Positions 1 through 10,488 of a stretch of 64,000 nt of DNA are shown here, piece after piece. The notes beneath the pieces are model-generated. The model searched no databases, was not told the DNA's origin, and saw only the letters and a program-made list of their open reading frames with translations. Origin of the DNA: an uncultured Thermoleophilia bacterium (GTDB taxonomy: Bacteria; Actinomycetota; Thermoleophilia; RBG-16-64-13); NCBI GenBank assembly GCA_963749535.1, contig CAVVNF010000014.1, forward strand, positions 2,335-66,334. Reading direction: 5' to 3'. Numbering within the stretch: position 1 is the stretch's first letter; each line of letters starts with the position of its first letter. A program made the translations under genes and the position numbers.

Positions 1-234
1 GCAGCCAGTCAGACATCCGTCCCCAGCGGGCCAACCGGCTGCGCTTGCGCAGGGAATAGAGCATCTCGGTCATCAGCATCAGTAAAAAGCCAATGATGCC
101 AAGCAGGTGACCGAACAGCCCTGCCGCAGCCGGAATGGTTTTTGTCTGCCAAACAACAATGGCATAGACTGCCGCCAATGAGCAGCATTGCCAGAAGGGA
201 AAGCCAAATTTCCGGCGTTACTGGTTCTACGCAT
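1..234 (-). CDS. Membrane protein, partial (runs off window), frameshifted
   Basis: Manual translation gives hydrophobic ...GHLLGIIGFLLMLMTEMLYSLRKRSRLARWG...; ATG at 234 overlaps the end of the upstream oxidoreductase. Confidence 0.55.
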
Positions 235-1552
235 AATTTTTCCGATCCGCCGAAGAATTAAGCCAGAATTCCATCAGCACCTCGCCCAGCGGCGCGTCAG
301 GGTGAAGCAACTGCTCGCGGATGGGGGTAATATCCACCTGCCTGGAAACCAATTCCTGCAAGGGAAGCGAAAGAGTTCTGCTCCCCCATCAACAACGCCC
401 CGGCGAAGGTCCGTTCGCCGAGCACCAGGCGCAATTGATTGACTCCGCCTCCTTTGGCCACGGCGATCGTATTCGGCAGTTGCTGCCAGGTTTCGCTGGA
501 GCCGCGCATGATGCTCAGCGGGGAATCATCCTTCCCGCTGCCGATGGCGCCGATAATGGTGGTCATCACCCCGCCCAGCCGCAGTACGTTGACGGCCACC
601 GGGCGATGGTAAACTGCAGCGCTTCCGGCCATATTAAGCCCGGCGGCCTTGCCCTGTTCCCGGGCCGGATTCCAGAGCATATCGAGGGACTTCTTCCCGG
701 TCAGCGGATCGTAAACCTGCCCCACATCTCCCGCGGCGAACACGTCAGGAGTGGCTGGTCTGCATGGTTTCGTTGACCAGGATGCCGCGTTCCACCTCCA
801 GGCCGGCCGCCTGCGCCAGTTCGATGCGCGGCCGGGCGCCAATCGCAACCGCCACCATCCCGCAAGCGATCGTTTCACCATGCCTGGTGCGGACACCACT
901 GACATTGCCGTCGGCTGCCCAGGATTTCAGCGATCTCGGTATTCGGGTGGATGCGAACCCCTTCATGCTCCAGGCGGTCTTCCACCAGGTGCGATTCAAC
1001 CTCATCCAGCAGGCTGGGCCAGTACCGGTCGCCGCGCAAGAAGAAATGCACCTGGACCTTGTGCGCCGCCAGCCCCTCGACCAGTTCGAGAGCCAGCACG
1101 CCACCGCCGACCACCACCGCCGTGCGCGTATGGCGCACCTGATTTCAAGATGGCGCGGGTATCCTCAAGATGGTCGAGATACATCACATTCTTCAGGTCC
1201 GCCCCCGGAACGGTTAACGGAGCAGCCGTGGTGCCGGTGGCAAGCAGGAGCCGGTCGTAGGTCAAGGGCGAGGAATGGTCCAGCGTCCAGCTTGTGCTCC
1301 TTGGGCAGCAAGCCGGACGGCCTCTGCTTTCACCTGCTTCCCGTTCAACCGGCGCCAATCCTCTTTGGAATAAATAAACAGTTGTTCTTCGGGGAGTTCG
1401 CCGGTCAGGTAATAGGCCAGCCCGGGGCGCGAATAAAAGCCGTTTGGATCATTGCTCACGATGAGAATCTCGGCAGAGCGGTCCACGCTGCGGATCGCTT
1501 CGGCGGCAGAGACGCCCGCCACACCCATCCCAACGATCACATGCCGGGTCAT
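227..1552 (-). CDS. FAD/NAD(P)-dependent pyridine nucleotide-disulfide oxidoreductase (NirB/rubredoxin reductase-like), several frameshifts
   Basis: VIVGMGVAG, YDRLLLATG, VVVGGGVLALE and VFAAGDV motifs spread over ORFs 1262-1552, 1002-1358, 875-1138, 297-905. Confidence 0.85.
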
Positions 1553-1814
1553 TGTTCGCGCTCCCGGAATAGTTTGATCCGTTCGAACCGCAGCACCCCG
1601 CCGCGGACAGCGGTTGACACATTCGCCGCAGGTCAGGCAATACGAGATCGATCACGTGCTTTCCCAGCCAGACATACCGCCGGACGTCAATGCCGATGGG
1701 GCAATTAAATGTGCAAATACCGCATTGCACACAGCGGGATGGTTCGGGAACCACATGCCCGCTGGCAAGAATTTCGCTCCGGCTCGGAGCAAGGGTATTT
1801 TTTCTATCAGGCAT
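1549..1814 (-). CDS. Small 2x[4Fe-4S] ferredoxin-like protein (frameshifted)
   Basis: CVQCGICTFNCP, second CLTCGECVNRCP motif in an adjacent frame; ATGA overlap with next gene. Confidence 0.8.
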
Positions 1815-2034
1815 GAATTTTTATAACCTTCCGTCCATCCAATGATATATTCAAATCAAATTAAATAATGATTAGGGGACCACTTCGCCGTGGAAGGGGA
1901 ATTTGCACTTGAATTATAACGGAAGTTGCGCTTGTGCACAGATTTTTCAAGATTTAGCCGGGAAAACCGTTAATCAATATTCTGTGCGTTCATTTTCCAG
2001 CCAGCCAGCGTAAATACCCGCAGGAAAAAGGAGT

Positions 2035-2836
2035 TTATTCATTAGCGAGTTTCATTTCTGCGATCCGGTCCAGCCGGAAATAGCGGTCTTCGTTCGCGCA
2101 GATGGCAGTGGGCTGCCACGTAAATATAATCTTCAGTGCCAGGACTTCCTTGGGGGTGATCCAGCGTTCGGTTTCGTGGCCTTTCTGGTCCACGTAGCGG
2201 ATGAACAGGCGCTTGTTACTGGCAAAGGCCTCCTGGAGCTGCGGCGGCAGAGCAAAAGCAGCCGGGGCTGCCACGGGCGGTGTGTAGACAGAGACCAGCT
2301 CCTCCAGCGGCACCTGCTTCAAATTGACAAGAAAATGTCCCAACACCGCCCGGGTGGTCAGGACATCCGCCAGGGCGCGGTGGGCACCCGAGCGGTCGAT
2401 CTGCAAGGCGTCCGCAATGGCCTGCAGGCTGTTCGAGGGGAAGCTGAAATAGGCGCGCGCCAGCAGGAGCGTATCGATCACTTCGACCGGCGGAAATTCC
2501 TGGCCAAGACGGTGGAACTCGCTGCTGACGAAGCCCAGGTCGAAGGGGGCGTTGTGGCAGACGAGGATGGCGTCTTCCAGCCGCGGTTTAACCTGGCTGG
2601 CAATTTCGGCGAAGGCGGGCGCACTCGGCCAGTTCTGCATCCGTCAGCCCATTGACACGTGCCGCGCCGGGCGAGATGGGCCGGGCCGGGTTGACCAGCG
2701 TATCGAAGGAATCGAGGATTTCCTCCCCCCGGCAGCGCAGGATGGCGATCTCGCAGATGCGGTCGCCAAACCAGGCTGAGAGCCCGGTGGTTTCGACATC
2801 CAGGAAGGCGAGCGTGCGGGAATCCAGTATGCTCAT
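2035..2836 (-). CDS. DEDDh 3'-5' exonuclease (DnaQ-like) fused to C-terminal WYL domain (frameshifted)
   Basis: FLDVETTG, HNAPFD, AHRALADV; C-terminal IRYVDQKGHETERWITP...DRYFRLDRI. Confidence 0.85.
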
Positions 2837-2918
2837 CGAACGTATCTTATTGCCTTTTGCAGGCCCATGCAACTGCCTTAAATCCAATATGAAGACTTCG
2901 GAAGTCGATTGAAACTCC

Positions 2919-3430
2919 TCAATTCCCCCGGTCTTTTTGCGCCAGACGCTTTTCGATCTCTTTGGAGGTCCTGGTGATGGACAGGCCCCCATAAGCGGTG
3001 CAGCGCAAGGCGGAGGGAAGCAGCTTGCCGACCGCATCCATGCTTTCGATGACCTCATCCAGGGGGATGACCGGGTCGTAACCGGCCATGGCCATGTTGG
3101 CACACGCCAGGGCATTGCTGGCTGCCAGGACATTCTTACCCAGGCAGGGCACCTCCACGCGATTGGCAACCGGGTCGCAGACCATACCCAAGATGTTCTG
3201 AAGAGCCATGGAGGCCGCATTGACTGCCTGTCCGGTCGAACCGCCTGCCAGAGTAACCAGGGCGGCGGCTGCCATGCCTGAACCGGCGCCGCATTCGGCC
3301 TGGCAGCCGCCCACCTCCGCCGCAAAAGTGGCATGGGCGGCAATAAAAATGCCGATCAGCCCGCCAGCGAGCATGGCGCGCGTCATTTTCTCTTTGGAAA
3401 GGCCCAGCGCATCGGCTGCCCCGATGCACT
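2919..3430 (-). CDS. sdaAA: L-serine dehydratase alpha subunit, 3' part only (cut at junction)
   Basis: AEVGGCQAECG, LGMVCDPVANRVEVPC, IPLDEVIESM motifs. Confidence 0.85.
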
Positions 3431-4022
3431 TACGCGCGGCGGATCTCTGGAAGAGGCGGTGGCCGGGGTCGAGACGGCCTTGGCGTACAACCTGTGCCCG
3501 GTGAAGCTCAACGTAGTGATGATGCCGGATCTTCTCCAAGAACTGCCGGACTTTGTGGCCATCACCCGCGATCGCCCGCTGCACGTGCGCTTTATCGAAT
3601 GGATGCCGGTGGGTGGCTGCGGGCCTCGTTCCACCAACGACTCGTTGACCAAGGACCAGGTGATGGCGGCGCTCCAGGAGCTGGGCACCGCGGGCCCGGG
3701 CGAGCTTGTGGCCGTAGCCTCGCCGATGGGCTGGGGACCTGCTCGTTACTATCGTTTTCCTGGGTATGCGGGCACCATCGGTTTCATCGGCTCGGTTTCC
3801 GGCCATTTCTGCTCCGAGTGCAACCGTCTACGCATGACTGCCGACGGAAGGCTCAAGAATTGCCTCTTCTCGAGCGAGGAGATAGAGGTGAAGGACGCAA
3901 TACAGGCGCGCGAACGCGAACGGGTCGTCGCCCGCATCCTCGAGTCGCTGGAACGCAAGTCTTTCGACAAGGATGTCGAGACCGGTCGCGCCAGCCGGGG
4001 CATGTCGCAGGTAGGGGGCTGA
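3431..4022 (+). CDS. moaA: GTP 3',8-cyclase, 3' half only
   Basis: PVKLNVV, RFIEWMP, FCSECNRLRMTADGRLKNCL, C-terminal MSQVGG; radical-SAM N-terminus absent. Confidence 0.9.
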
Positions 4023-4023
4023 G

Positions 4024-4988
4024 ATGGAGGACAAGCCGGTGCTCACTCACGTCGACGCATCGGGTGAGGCCCGCATGGTGGATGTCGGCGGCAAGACGCC
4101 CACGCTACGCGCGGCCCGGGCTGGTGCAAAAGTGTGGATGGCGGTGGAGACCATGCGGTTGCTTAAAGAGCAGGCTCTCCCCAAAGGGGACGTGCTGGCG
4201 GTGGCCCGTGTCGCAGGCATCATGGCCGCGAAGCGCACGCCGGAACTAGTGCCTCTCTGCCATCCGCTCTCCCTCACCCACGTGGATATCTCGTTCGACG
4301 TGCGGGAAACGAGTCGCGGGTCGACATCGAGTGCGCGACGCGGACCGAAGATCGCACCGGCGTGGAGATGGAAGCGCTCACCGGGGCGGCGGTGGCCGCG
4401 ATAACGATCTATGACATGTGTAAGGCGGTGGATCGCGGCATGACCATCGGCGACATCCGTCTCTTGGAGAAGACCGGCGGGAAAGAAGACTATCTGCGTC
4501 CGCTGGAAGCCGGCTCCGCGGGATTCTCGCCCCTGTACCCTTCGGCTCGGGTGATCTCGGTGAACGTGAGCGATGCCAAAGGCGAGCGCAAGAAGCCGGT
4601 GGAGTCTGCGCGTCTCGAAGTCGAACACGGGATCGCCGGCGACGCGCACGCGGGTCCCTGGCACCGTCAGGTGAGTCTGCTCGCCCAAGAATCGATCGAG
4701 AAGATGGTTGCAAAGGGTCTCTCGGTGAAGGCGGGCGATTTTGCCGAGAACATAACCACCGAAGGCATCGAGGTGGCCGCCCTTCCCATAGGGACCACCC
4801 TCGAGATGGGCGAGTCGCTGGTCGAGGTCACGCAGATAGGCAAGGAGTGCCACAGTCACTGCGCCATCTACCAGCAGGCCGGTGACTGCGTCATGCCGCG
4901 CGAGGGCATCTTCGTACGGGTGCTGCGCGGTGGCCGAGTCGCCGCCGGCGATCACATCCGAGTCTTGGCGCTGGGGCCGACATCGTGA
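4024..4988 (+). CDS. moaC: cPMP synthase MoaC fused to MOSC domain (one frameshift ~4310-4330)
   Basis: [47 protein letters not shown] followed in frame by MOSC motifs [29 protein letters not shown]. Confidence 0.85.
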
Positions 4989-5560
4989 GCCTCGGGGACA
5001 ACGGCTTAGGCACCAGTGGGTCTCGCCCCATGCGGGCCGCGGTGGTGACCGCAAGCGACAAAGCGAGCGCCGGGCTGCGCGAGGACGCCTCAGGGCCTCT
5101 GTTGGTGCAGTTGCTGACGGAGTTGGGTGTCAACGTGCTGCCGGCTTACGTGGTGCCGGACGAGCAGGCGCAGATGGAAGCCCTCCTGTCGTCTCTCGCT
5201 GACGGCGGGGAATTGGATCTTGTTCTAACCACCGGCGGCACGGGGCTGGCTCCGCGAGATCACACGCCGGAGGCCACGCTGGCGGTGGCAGACAAGCTGG
5301 TGCCAGGAATCGCGGAAGCCATGCGGGCTGCCTCGCTCTTGGTGACGCCGCACGCGATGCTGAGCCGGGCGGTCGCCGCGGTGCGAAAGAAGACACTCAT
5401 CATCAACATGCCCGGCAGCCCCAAGGCTTGCCGCGAGCATTTCGCGGTTGTGGCGCCGGCGCTCAACCACGCCGTGGAGACGCTCCGAGGCGAAGCGTAC
5501 GAGTGTGCCACGCCGGCCATGGCGGACGCCGCAAGTGACGGAGATTGTCTGAAGGGCTGA
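4985..5560 (+). CDS. mogA: Molybdopterin adenylyltransferase MogA/MoaB family
   Basis: [35 protein letters not shown]. Confidence 0.88.
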   Translation: MSLGDNGLGTSGSRPMRAAVVTASDKASAGLREDASGPLLVQLLTELGVNVLPAYVVPDEQAQMEALLSSLADGGELDLVLTTGGTGLAPRDHTPEATLAVADKLVPGIAEAMRAASLLVTPHAMLSRAVAAVRKKTLIINMPGSPKACREHFAVVAPALNHAVETLRGEAYECATPAMADAASDGDCLKG

Positions 5561-5696
5561 TTTCGCCGGAAGCCGGGATGAGCCAGCAGCCGGCCGACCT
5601 GGCTTCGTGGGCGGTCGCGGCGCTGACTTCCCCGCCGGGAACGGGCTGACTTCGTCGGTAACGGGCTGACCTCGCAGTCGGCGGCTGACTTCGCCG
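5555..5696. repeat. Five degenerate copies of GGCTGA(C/T)(T/C)TCG, last four ~20 bp apart
   Basis: Copies near 5555, 5622, 5643, 5663 and 5683 between convergent mogA and GGDEF genes. Confidence 0.55.
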
Positions 5697-5701
5697 CAGT
5701 C

Positions 5702-6703
5702 TCAGGCCTCTCTCGTGGCCCGGTCTTTCTTCTGCTCTTTCGCCCGATAAAGGCTGGCATCCGCCTCTTGGAGCAGGGCTTCCGACTCCACCCCGTCCTC
5801 CGGGCAAGAGGAAGTGCCGAAGCTCACCTGGAGGCTTGCGAACGATCTGCCGATCTTGAACCGGGTCTTGGAGACGGATTCCGCTATCCTGCGTCCCACC
5901 TGCTGGATGGCGCCCTTCTCAGCTTCGGGCATGAGGATCATGAACTCGTCGCCGCCGAACCGGCAAGGCATGTCGACGTCGCGGACATTCATGCGCATGA
6001 GGTTGGCCAGATGCTGCAGCGCGGAGTCACCGGCAGCGTGGCCGAAGGTGTCGTTGACCCACTTGAGATTGTCGAAGTCGAGCATCAAGAGCGCGAACGG
6101 GTGCCGGTAGCGCTTATAGATCTCGATGTGGCGCTCCAATTCCTGATCGAGGTAGCGCCGGTTGTGCAGGCTGGTAAGGGTATCCGTGTGCGCCAGCCGG
6201 TCGAGTTCCGCGCTCGACTGCACATGGTACGATTCCGCGGCTGCCGCCATGATGCGGTGAAGACCGAGCCGCAGGATACGGACCAGCTCCAGGATGTCTT
6301 GATCCTGGTGCCGCATGCCGGCGGACAACCGCTCCCAAAGGGAGTCTTCCAGCGCGTCGAGGCTTTGGGCGAGGGAGACTATGCTCCCGCTGTCGTCCTG
6401 ACGAAGGAGCCCGAGGGTGCTGGCCTGCTTGTAATAGTGGCCGCCGGGCTCGAACTGATCGAGAACCTTCTCGTCCGCGAGACAGGCGCCCAAGCCCTCG
6501 ATGAGTTCGACCGAAGTGCGGATGCTTTCCTGTGTGGGAAAGTGCTCGAGGGTGCCGAGGTCGTCGATCTGAGTGATAAGGCGGCTGAGCCAGCTCTTGG
6601 TGATGTCGAGCTTGTGCTCCTCGAGGATGCGGCGAGCCTTCTCGAGGATCGCGCTCCGCGCCTCTCCATCAGCCGTGTTTCCTGCTGTGAAACCGTTCGG
6701 CAC
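5702..6703 (-). CDS. Diguanylate cyclase (GGDEF) with N-terminal helical domain
   Basis: DTLTSLHNRR, DFDNLKWVNDTFGHAAGD, RxxD I-site (RDVD) five residues before GGDEF. Confidence 0.9.
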   Translation of the reverse strand: MPNGFTAGNTADGEARSAILEKARRILEEHKLDITKSWLSRLITQIDDLGTLEHFPTQESIRTSVELIEGLGACLADEKVLDQFEPGGHYYKQASTLGLLRQDDSGSIVSLAQSLDALEDSLWERLSAGMRHQDQDILELVRILRLGLHRIMAAAAESYHVQSSAELDRLAHTDTLTSLHNRRYLDQELERHIEIYKRYRHPFALLMLDFDNLKWVNDTFGHAAGDSALQHLANLMRMNVRDVDMPCRFGGDEFMILMPEAEKGAIQQVGRRIAESVSKTRFKIGRSFASLQVSFGTSSCPEDGVESEALLQEADASLYRAKEQKKDRATREA

Positions 6704-6882
6704 GGGCTAACCTCTTCGCTCAGATGACAATTATGCACTCATAATATAATGTCGGAGAGTAAGCCTGCAAGGTTTAGATTCACCTTCTGTTAAAATCAGG
6801 CCCACGTCACATGTAAACCTTTGTCTCACATCGGCTTTTTGGGACCATCGAGCTCGCGGGTAACAGCCCACAGGAGGATGGA

Positions 6883-7995
6883 GTGAGGATAGGGTTCGAC
6901 GCCAGGGCAATCCACTACCGTGGTATTGGGACCTATTCACGGAACCTTCTTCGTCATTTCGCCACATGCGGTCACGAGTTCGTCATTTTCTGCCAGGACG
7001 AGGAAAAGGAAGGCCTACCGTCGGCTGACACTTTCACCTTCGTCTCTGCCAATCTGGATCCCTTTGCTCCGCGCTCTCGGGGCGCTTTCAAGAATCTGGT
7101 AGAACAATCGCGGGTGGACCTTCTTCACGTGCCCAGCGCCTGGGCGCCTACCGGGCTCGCGGTGCCGCTGGTGGCGACCATCCACGACGTGGTTCCGTTG
7201 ATATACCCACGCAGCCTCCATAACCCTTTTCTGCGCAGGCGGTACAAGCGCCAGCTCAACAGAACGCTGGCCGAAGCCCGCTACATCATCACGGTGTCGC
7301 AGATATCGCTCTCGGCCTTGAGTGCGTACGCGGGGGTCGATCCTGCGATGGTCCGTGTTATCCATAATGGGGTCTCGGAGCAGTTCCATCCTGTGCGGGA
7401 CGAGGCGGAGCTGGCCGCCGTTCGGCACCGCTACAGCCTGCCGGAGCGGTTCGCGTTCTGGGTGGGTGATTTTCGGCCGGAGAAGAATCTGGACCTCCTT
7501 GTGCAGGGATGGTCTCGGCTGCCCAAGCGCCTTCCGGAACCGCTACCTCTGGTGCTCGCCGGCAGCCAGACCGGCGATTTTCGTCAGATCAGGAAACTGG
7601 TGGAGCAGAAAGGGCTGAAAGATCAGGTCCACTTCCCCGGGTTCATTCGCGACAGCGACCTTGCAGCGGTGTACTCGGCGGCCACCGTTTTCGTGTTTCC
7701 CTCTCTGTACGAAGGGTTCGGCTTGCCGCCGCTGGAGGCAATGGCCTGTGGCACGCCTTGCGTGGTCTCCAATTCCTCGTCGCTCCCCGAAGTCACTGGA
7801 CGCGCCGCGATGCTCTTCAATCCCACATCGCCGGACCAGTTCGTGGAGGCCGTTTCTCGTGTACTCACCGACCCGCCGCTGTACGAGTCGCTCCGGGAGG
7901 AGGGTCTTGTTCAATCCGCCCTATTCCCGTGGGCCAAATCCGCCGAGGAGACCCTTCTCGTTTACGCAAACGCGCTGGAATCGCCTTCCGGTTAG
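6883..7995 (+). CDS. Glycosyltransferase family 4
   Basis: [34 protein letters not shown]. Confidence 0.92.
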   Translation: MRIGFDARAIHYRGIGTYSRNLLRHFATCGHEFVIFCQDEEKEGLPSADTFTFVSANLDPFAPRSRGAFKNLVEQSRVDLLHVPSAWAPTGLAVPLVATIHDVVPLIYPRSLHNPFLRRRYKRQLNRTLAEARYIITVSQISLSALSAYAGVDPAMVRVIHNGVSEQFHPVRDEAELAAVRHRYSLPERFAFWVGDFRPEKNLDLLVQGWSRLPKRLPEPLPLVLAGSQTGDFRQIRKLVEQKGLKDQVHFPGFIRDSDLAAVYSAATVFVFPSLYEGFGLPPLEAMACGTPCVVSNSSSLPEVTGRAAMLFNPTSPDQFVEAVSRVLTDPPLYESLREEGLVQSALFPWAKSAEETLLVYANALESPSG

Positions 7996-8045
7996 GGCCG
8001 GCATCGGGGCTTTCTGAGCAGGCGAGCGCCTCCCTCCAGTCGACT

Positions 8046-8078
8046 TTGATTCATTTTTCACAACTCCTGTGCTAAACT
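8046..8078 (+). promoter_or_regulatory. Candidate Rex box and extended -10 upstream of rex
   Basis: TTGATTCATTTTTCACAA (8046-8063; right half matches TTGTGAAnnnnTTCACAA exactly), then TGcTAAACT (8070-8078). Confidence 0.5.
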
Positions 8079-8161
8079 CCCGCGTGAGTTCGCCCCCCTC
8101 ACGGGGAACAGTGTTTTGACGGACTGCCTGGGAGAGGAGTACACAGATCAGTCCTCGCCGT

Positions 8162-8806
8162 GTGAATACGAACAAGCCCCCCGAAAGGACGAGTGTGCCG
8201 CAGGTAGCGGTGCCTCGGCTCGCGCGGTACTTGAGACTGCTGCACCGCCTGGAGAAAGAGGGTGTGGCCAGGGTATCCTCTCGCGAGTTGGCCGACCGTC
8301 TCGGGGCTAACGCAGCCCAGATACGCAAGGACTTGAGCTACTTCGGCGAGTTCGGTGTGCGGGGCGTAGGCTACAACGTCCGCTTCCTCATCGGCGAGCT
8401 CTCGCGGTGCTTGGGCATCGACCGAGAATGGACGATGGTGATCGTGGGCGCCGGTCAGCTGGGAACGGCTCTGGCCCGATATCGCGGCTTTGCGGAAGAA
8501 GGCTTCAAGTGCGTGGGCGTGTTCGACCGGGCCGGTGGTTCGGTGGGCAAGAAGATCAACGGGATCACCGTCCTCCCGGTGGAAGAGCTGACCGAGTTCA
8601 TCCGCGACAACGGCGTGCCTATCGCGGTCATAGCAGTACCGGCCGAAGCCGCCGCGGAAGTCGCGGCGCTGGCCGTGGAGGCCGGGGTGAAGGGGATCCT
8701 CAACTTCGCTCCCGTCCGTCTTGCCTCGTTTCCCGGTGTGTTCGTCCATCAGCTCGACTTGTCTACCGAGCTCATGGTGATCAGCTTCTACCTGTCCTCG
8801 GAGTAG
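8162..8806 (+). CDS. rex: Redox-sensing transcriptional repressor Rex
   Basis: RLARYLR, QIRKDLSYFGEFGVRGVGY, IVGAGQLG, GILNFAP. Confidence 0.96.
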   Translation: MNTNKPPERTSVPQVAVPRLARYLRLLHRLEKEGVARVSSRELADRLGANAAQIRKDLSYFGEFGVRGVGYNVRFLIGELSRCLGIDREWTMVIVGAGQLGTALARYRGFAEEGFKCVGVFDRAGGSVGKKINGITVLPVEELTEFIRDNGVPIAVIAVPAEAAAEVAALAVEAGVKGILNFAPVRLASFPGVFVHQLDLSTELMVISFYLSSE

Positions 8807-8879
8807 GCGGCATCTCGGCCCTTTTCGGCGCCCGCGGATGCCCGGTCGCCAACCTCTTCCGACGAGAACGGATCTTTAG

Positions 8880-10487
8880 ATGAAGGACTTGCGCGATTTC
8901 ATAAAGCTTCTCCGGGACCGCGGGCAGCTCGCAATAATCGACACCCCTGTCGATCCTATCCTCGAGATCACGGAGATCGCCGATCGGGTGGGCAAGGCCG
9001 GTGGGCCGGCGCTGCTCTTCACTCGCCCCAAGGGTCATCGAGTACCTATCTTCATAAACCAGTTCGGCAGTCACGAGCGGGTGTGCCTGGCGCTTCGAGC
9101 CGACTCGTACGAGAGCCTCGCCGGTCGGGTGGAGCGGCTGGTGTCTCCAGATCTGCCGGACACGGCCTGGGAGAAGATCAAAGCGCTGTCCAAGCTTAAA
9201 GATCTGGCCGCGCTGCAACCGCGCATCGTGAAGGATGGGCCGTGTCAGGAGGTGGTACTGACCGGAGACCAGGTGGATCTTGGCGCGTTGCCGGTCTTGA
9301 AGTGCTGGCCGCTCGATGGCGGACCTTACATCACGCTGCCGCTCGTCTTCACCAAGCACCCGCTCACAGGCCGGCGGAACGTGGGCATGTACCGGCTGCA
9401 GATCTACGATGCACGCACCACCGGCATGCACTGGCATCTCCACAAGGACGCCGCCGAACACCTCCGCATCTCGCGTGGAAAACTCGAGGTGGCGGTGGCG
9501 ATCGGGACGGACCCGGCGATCACCTATGCCGCGACCGCTCCGGTGCCCGGCGCACTGGACGAGATGGCCTTCGCGGGCTTTCTCAGGGGAGACGCGGTGG
9601 ACATGGTCCGCTGCCTCACAGTCGATCTACAGGTGCCGGCCCACTCGGAGTTTGTGTTGGAAGGGTTCGTCGACCCGAGCGAACATCGCCTCGAGGGCCC
9701 GTTTGGCGACCACACCGGCTACTACTCGCTCGCCGACGAATACCCGGTGTTGCACGTCTCGGCCATCACGCATCGTAAGGAACCGGTCTATTCCACGACC
9801 ATCGTCGGCCAGCCGCCGATGGAGGACACCTACCTCGCAAAAGCCACCGAGCGGTTGTTCCTCCCGCTCCTGCGCCTCAGCCTGCCCGAGTTGGTGGACA
9901 TGGATCTCCCGAAGGAGGGCGCGTTCCACAACTGTGCGCTCGTGTCGATAAGGAAGCGATACCCCATGCATGCGCGGAAGGTGATGCACGCACTGTGGGG
10001 CGCCGGTCAGATGCAATTCTGCAAATGCATCGTGGTGGTGGACGAGGACGTCGACGTCCACGACTACGCCAAGGTGGCCTGGCGGGTGTTCAACAATGTT
10101 GACTGGAAGCGCGACGTGATGGTGACCGAGGGCTCGCTCGACGCGCTCGACCACTCCTCTCCTCAGCCGTTCTGGGGAGGCAAGGCAGGCATAGACGCCA
10201 CGCGGAAAGGTCCCGACGAAGGGCATACCCGGGAGTGGCCGCCGGACGTCGTCATGTCGGAGGACGTCAAGACCCGCATTGATCGCCTGTGGCCCGAATT
10301 GGGCTTGGCCGCCCTCCAGAGCGGGGGCACGTCGCTAAGCAGTGCTGCAGCGGGCAGGGCACCCGGGACTGTGGCGCTCACCGAGCCGGTCGCCGCCACA
10401 GAGCCTGTCGCCGGCACGGAGCCCGCGGCGCCGCTCGAGCCGGCTGAGTCCGTCGCGGCCAGCGAGCCTGCCGTGCGGCAGGACTGA
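8880..10487 (+). CDS. mqnL: UbiD-family menaquinone biosynthesis decarboxylase (futalosine pathway)
   Basis: NVGMYR, EGPFGDHTGYY, GIDATRK; located in mqn operon; Glu-Pro-Ala repeat tail. Confidence 0.85.
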   Translation: MKDLRDFIKLLRDRGQLAIIDTPVDPILEITEIADRVGKAGGPALLFTRPKGHRVPIFINQFGSHERVCLALRADSYESLAGRVERLVSPDLPDTAWEKIKALSKLKDLAALQPRIVKDGPCQEVVLTGDQVDLGALPVLKCWPLDGGPYITLPLVFTKHPLTGRRNVGMYRLQIYDARTTGMHWHLHKDAAEHLRISRGKLEVAVAIGTDPAITYAATAPVPGALDEMAFAGFLRGDAVDMVRCLTVDLQVPAHSEFVLEGFVDPSEHRLEGPFGDHTGYYSLADEYPVLHVSAITHRKEPVYSTTIVGQPPMEDTYLAKATERLFLPLLRLSLPELVDMDLPKEGAFHNCALVSIRKRYPMHARKVMHALWGAGQMQFCKCIVVVDEDVDVHDYAKVAWRVFNNVDWKRDVMVTEGSLDALDHSSPQPFWGGKAGIDATRKGPDEGHTREWPPDVVMSEDVKTRIDRLWPELGLAALQSGGTSLSSAAAGRAPGTVALTEPVAATEPVAGTEPAAPLEPAESVAASEPAVRQD

Positions 10488-10488
10488 C

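Noticed and set aside
2919-4022. ORFs 2919..3806 (-) and 3333..4022 (+) as novel proteins with unusual N-termini
   Set aside because: Their N-terminal parts are antisense read-through across the sdaAA/moaA junction
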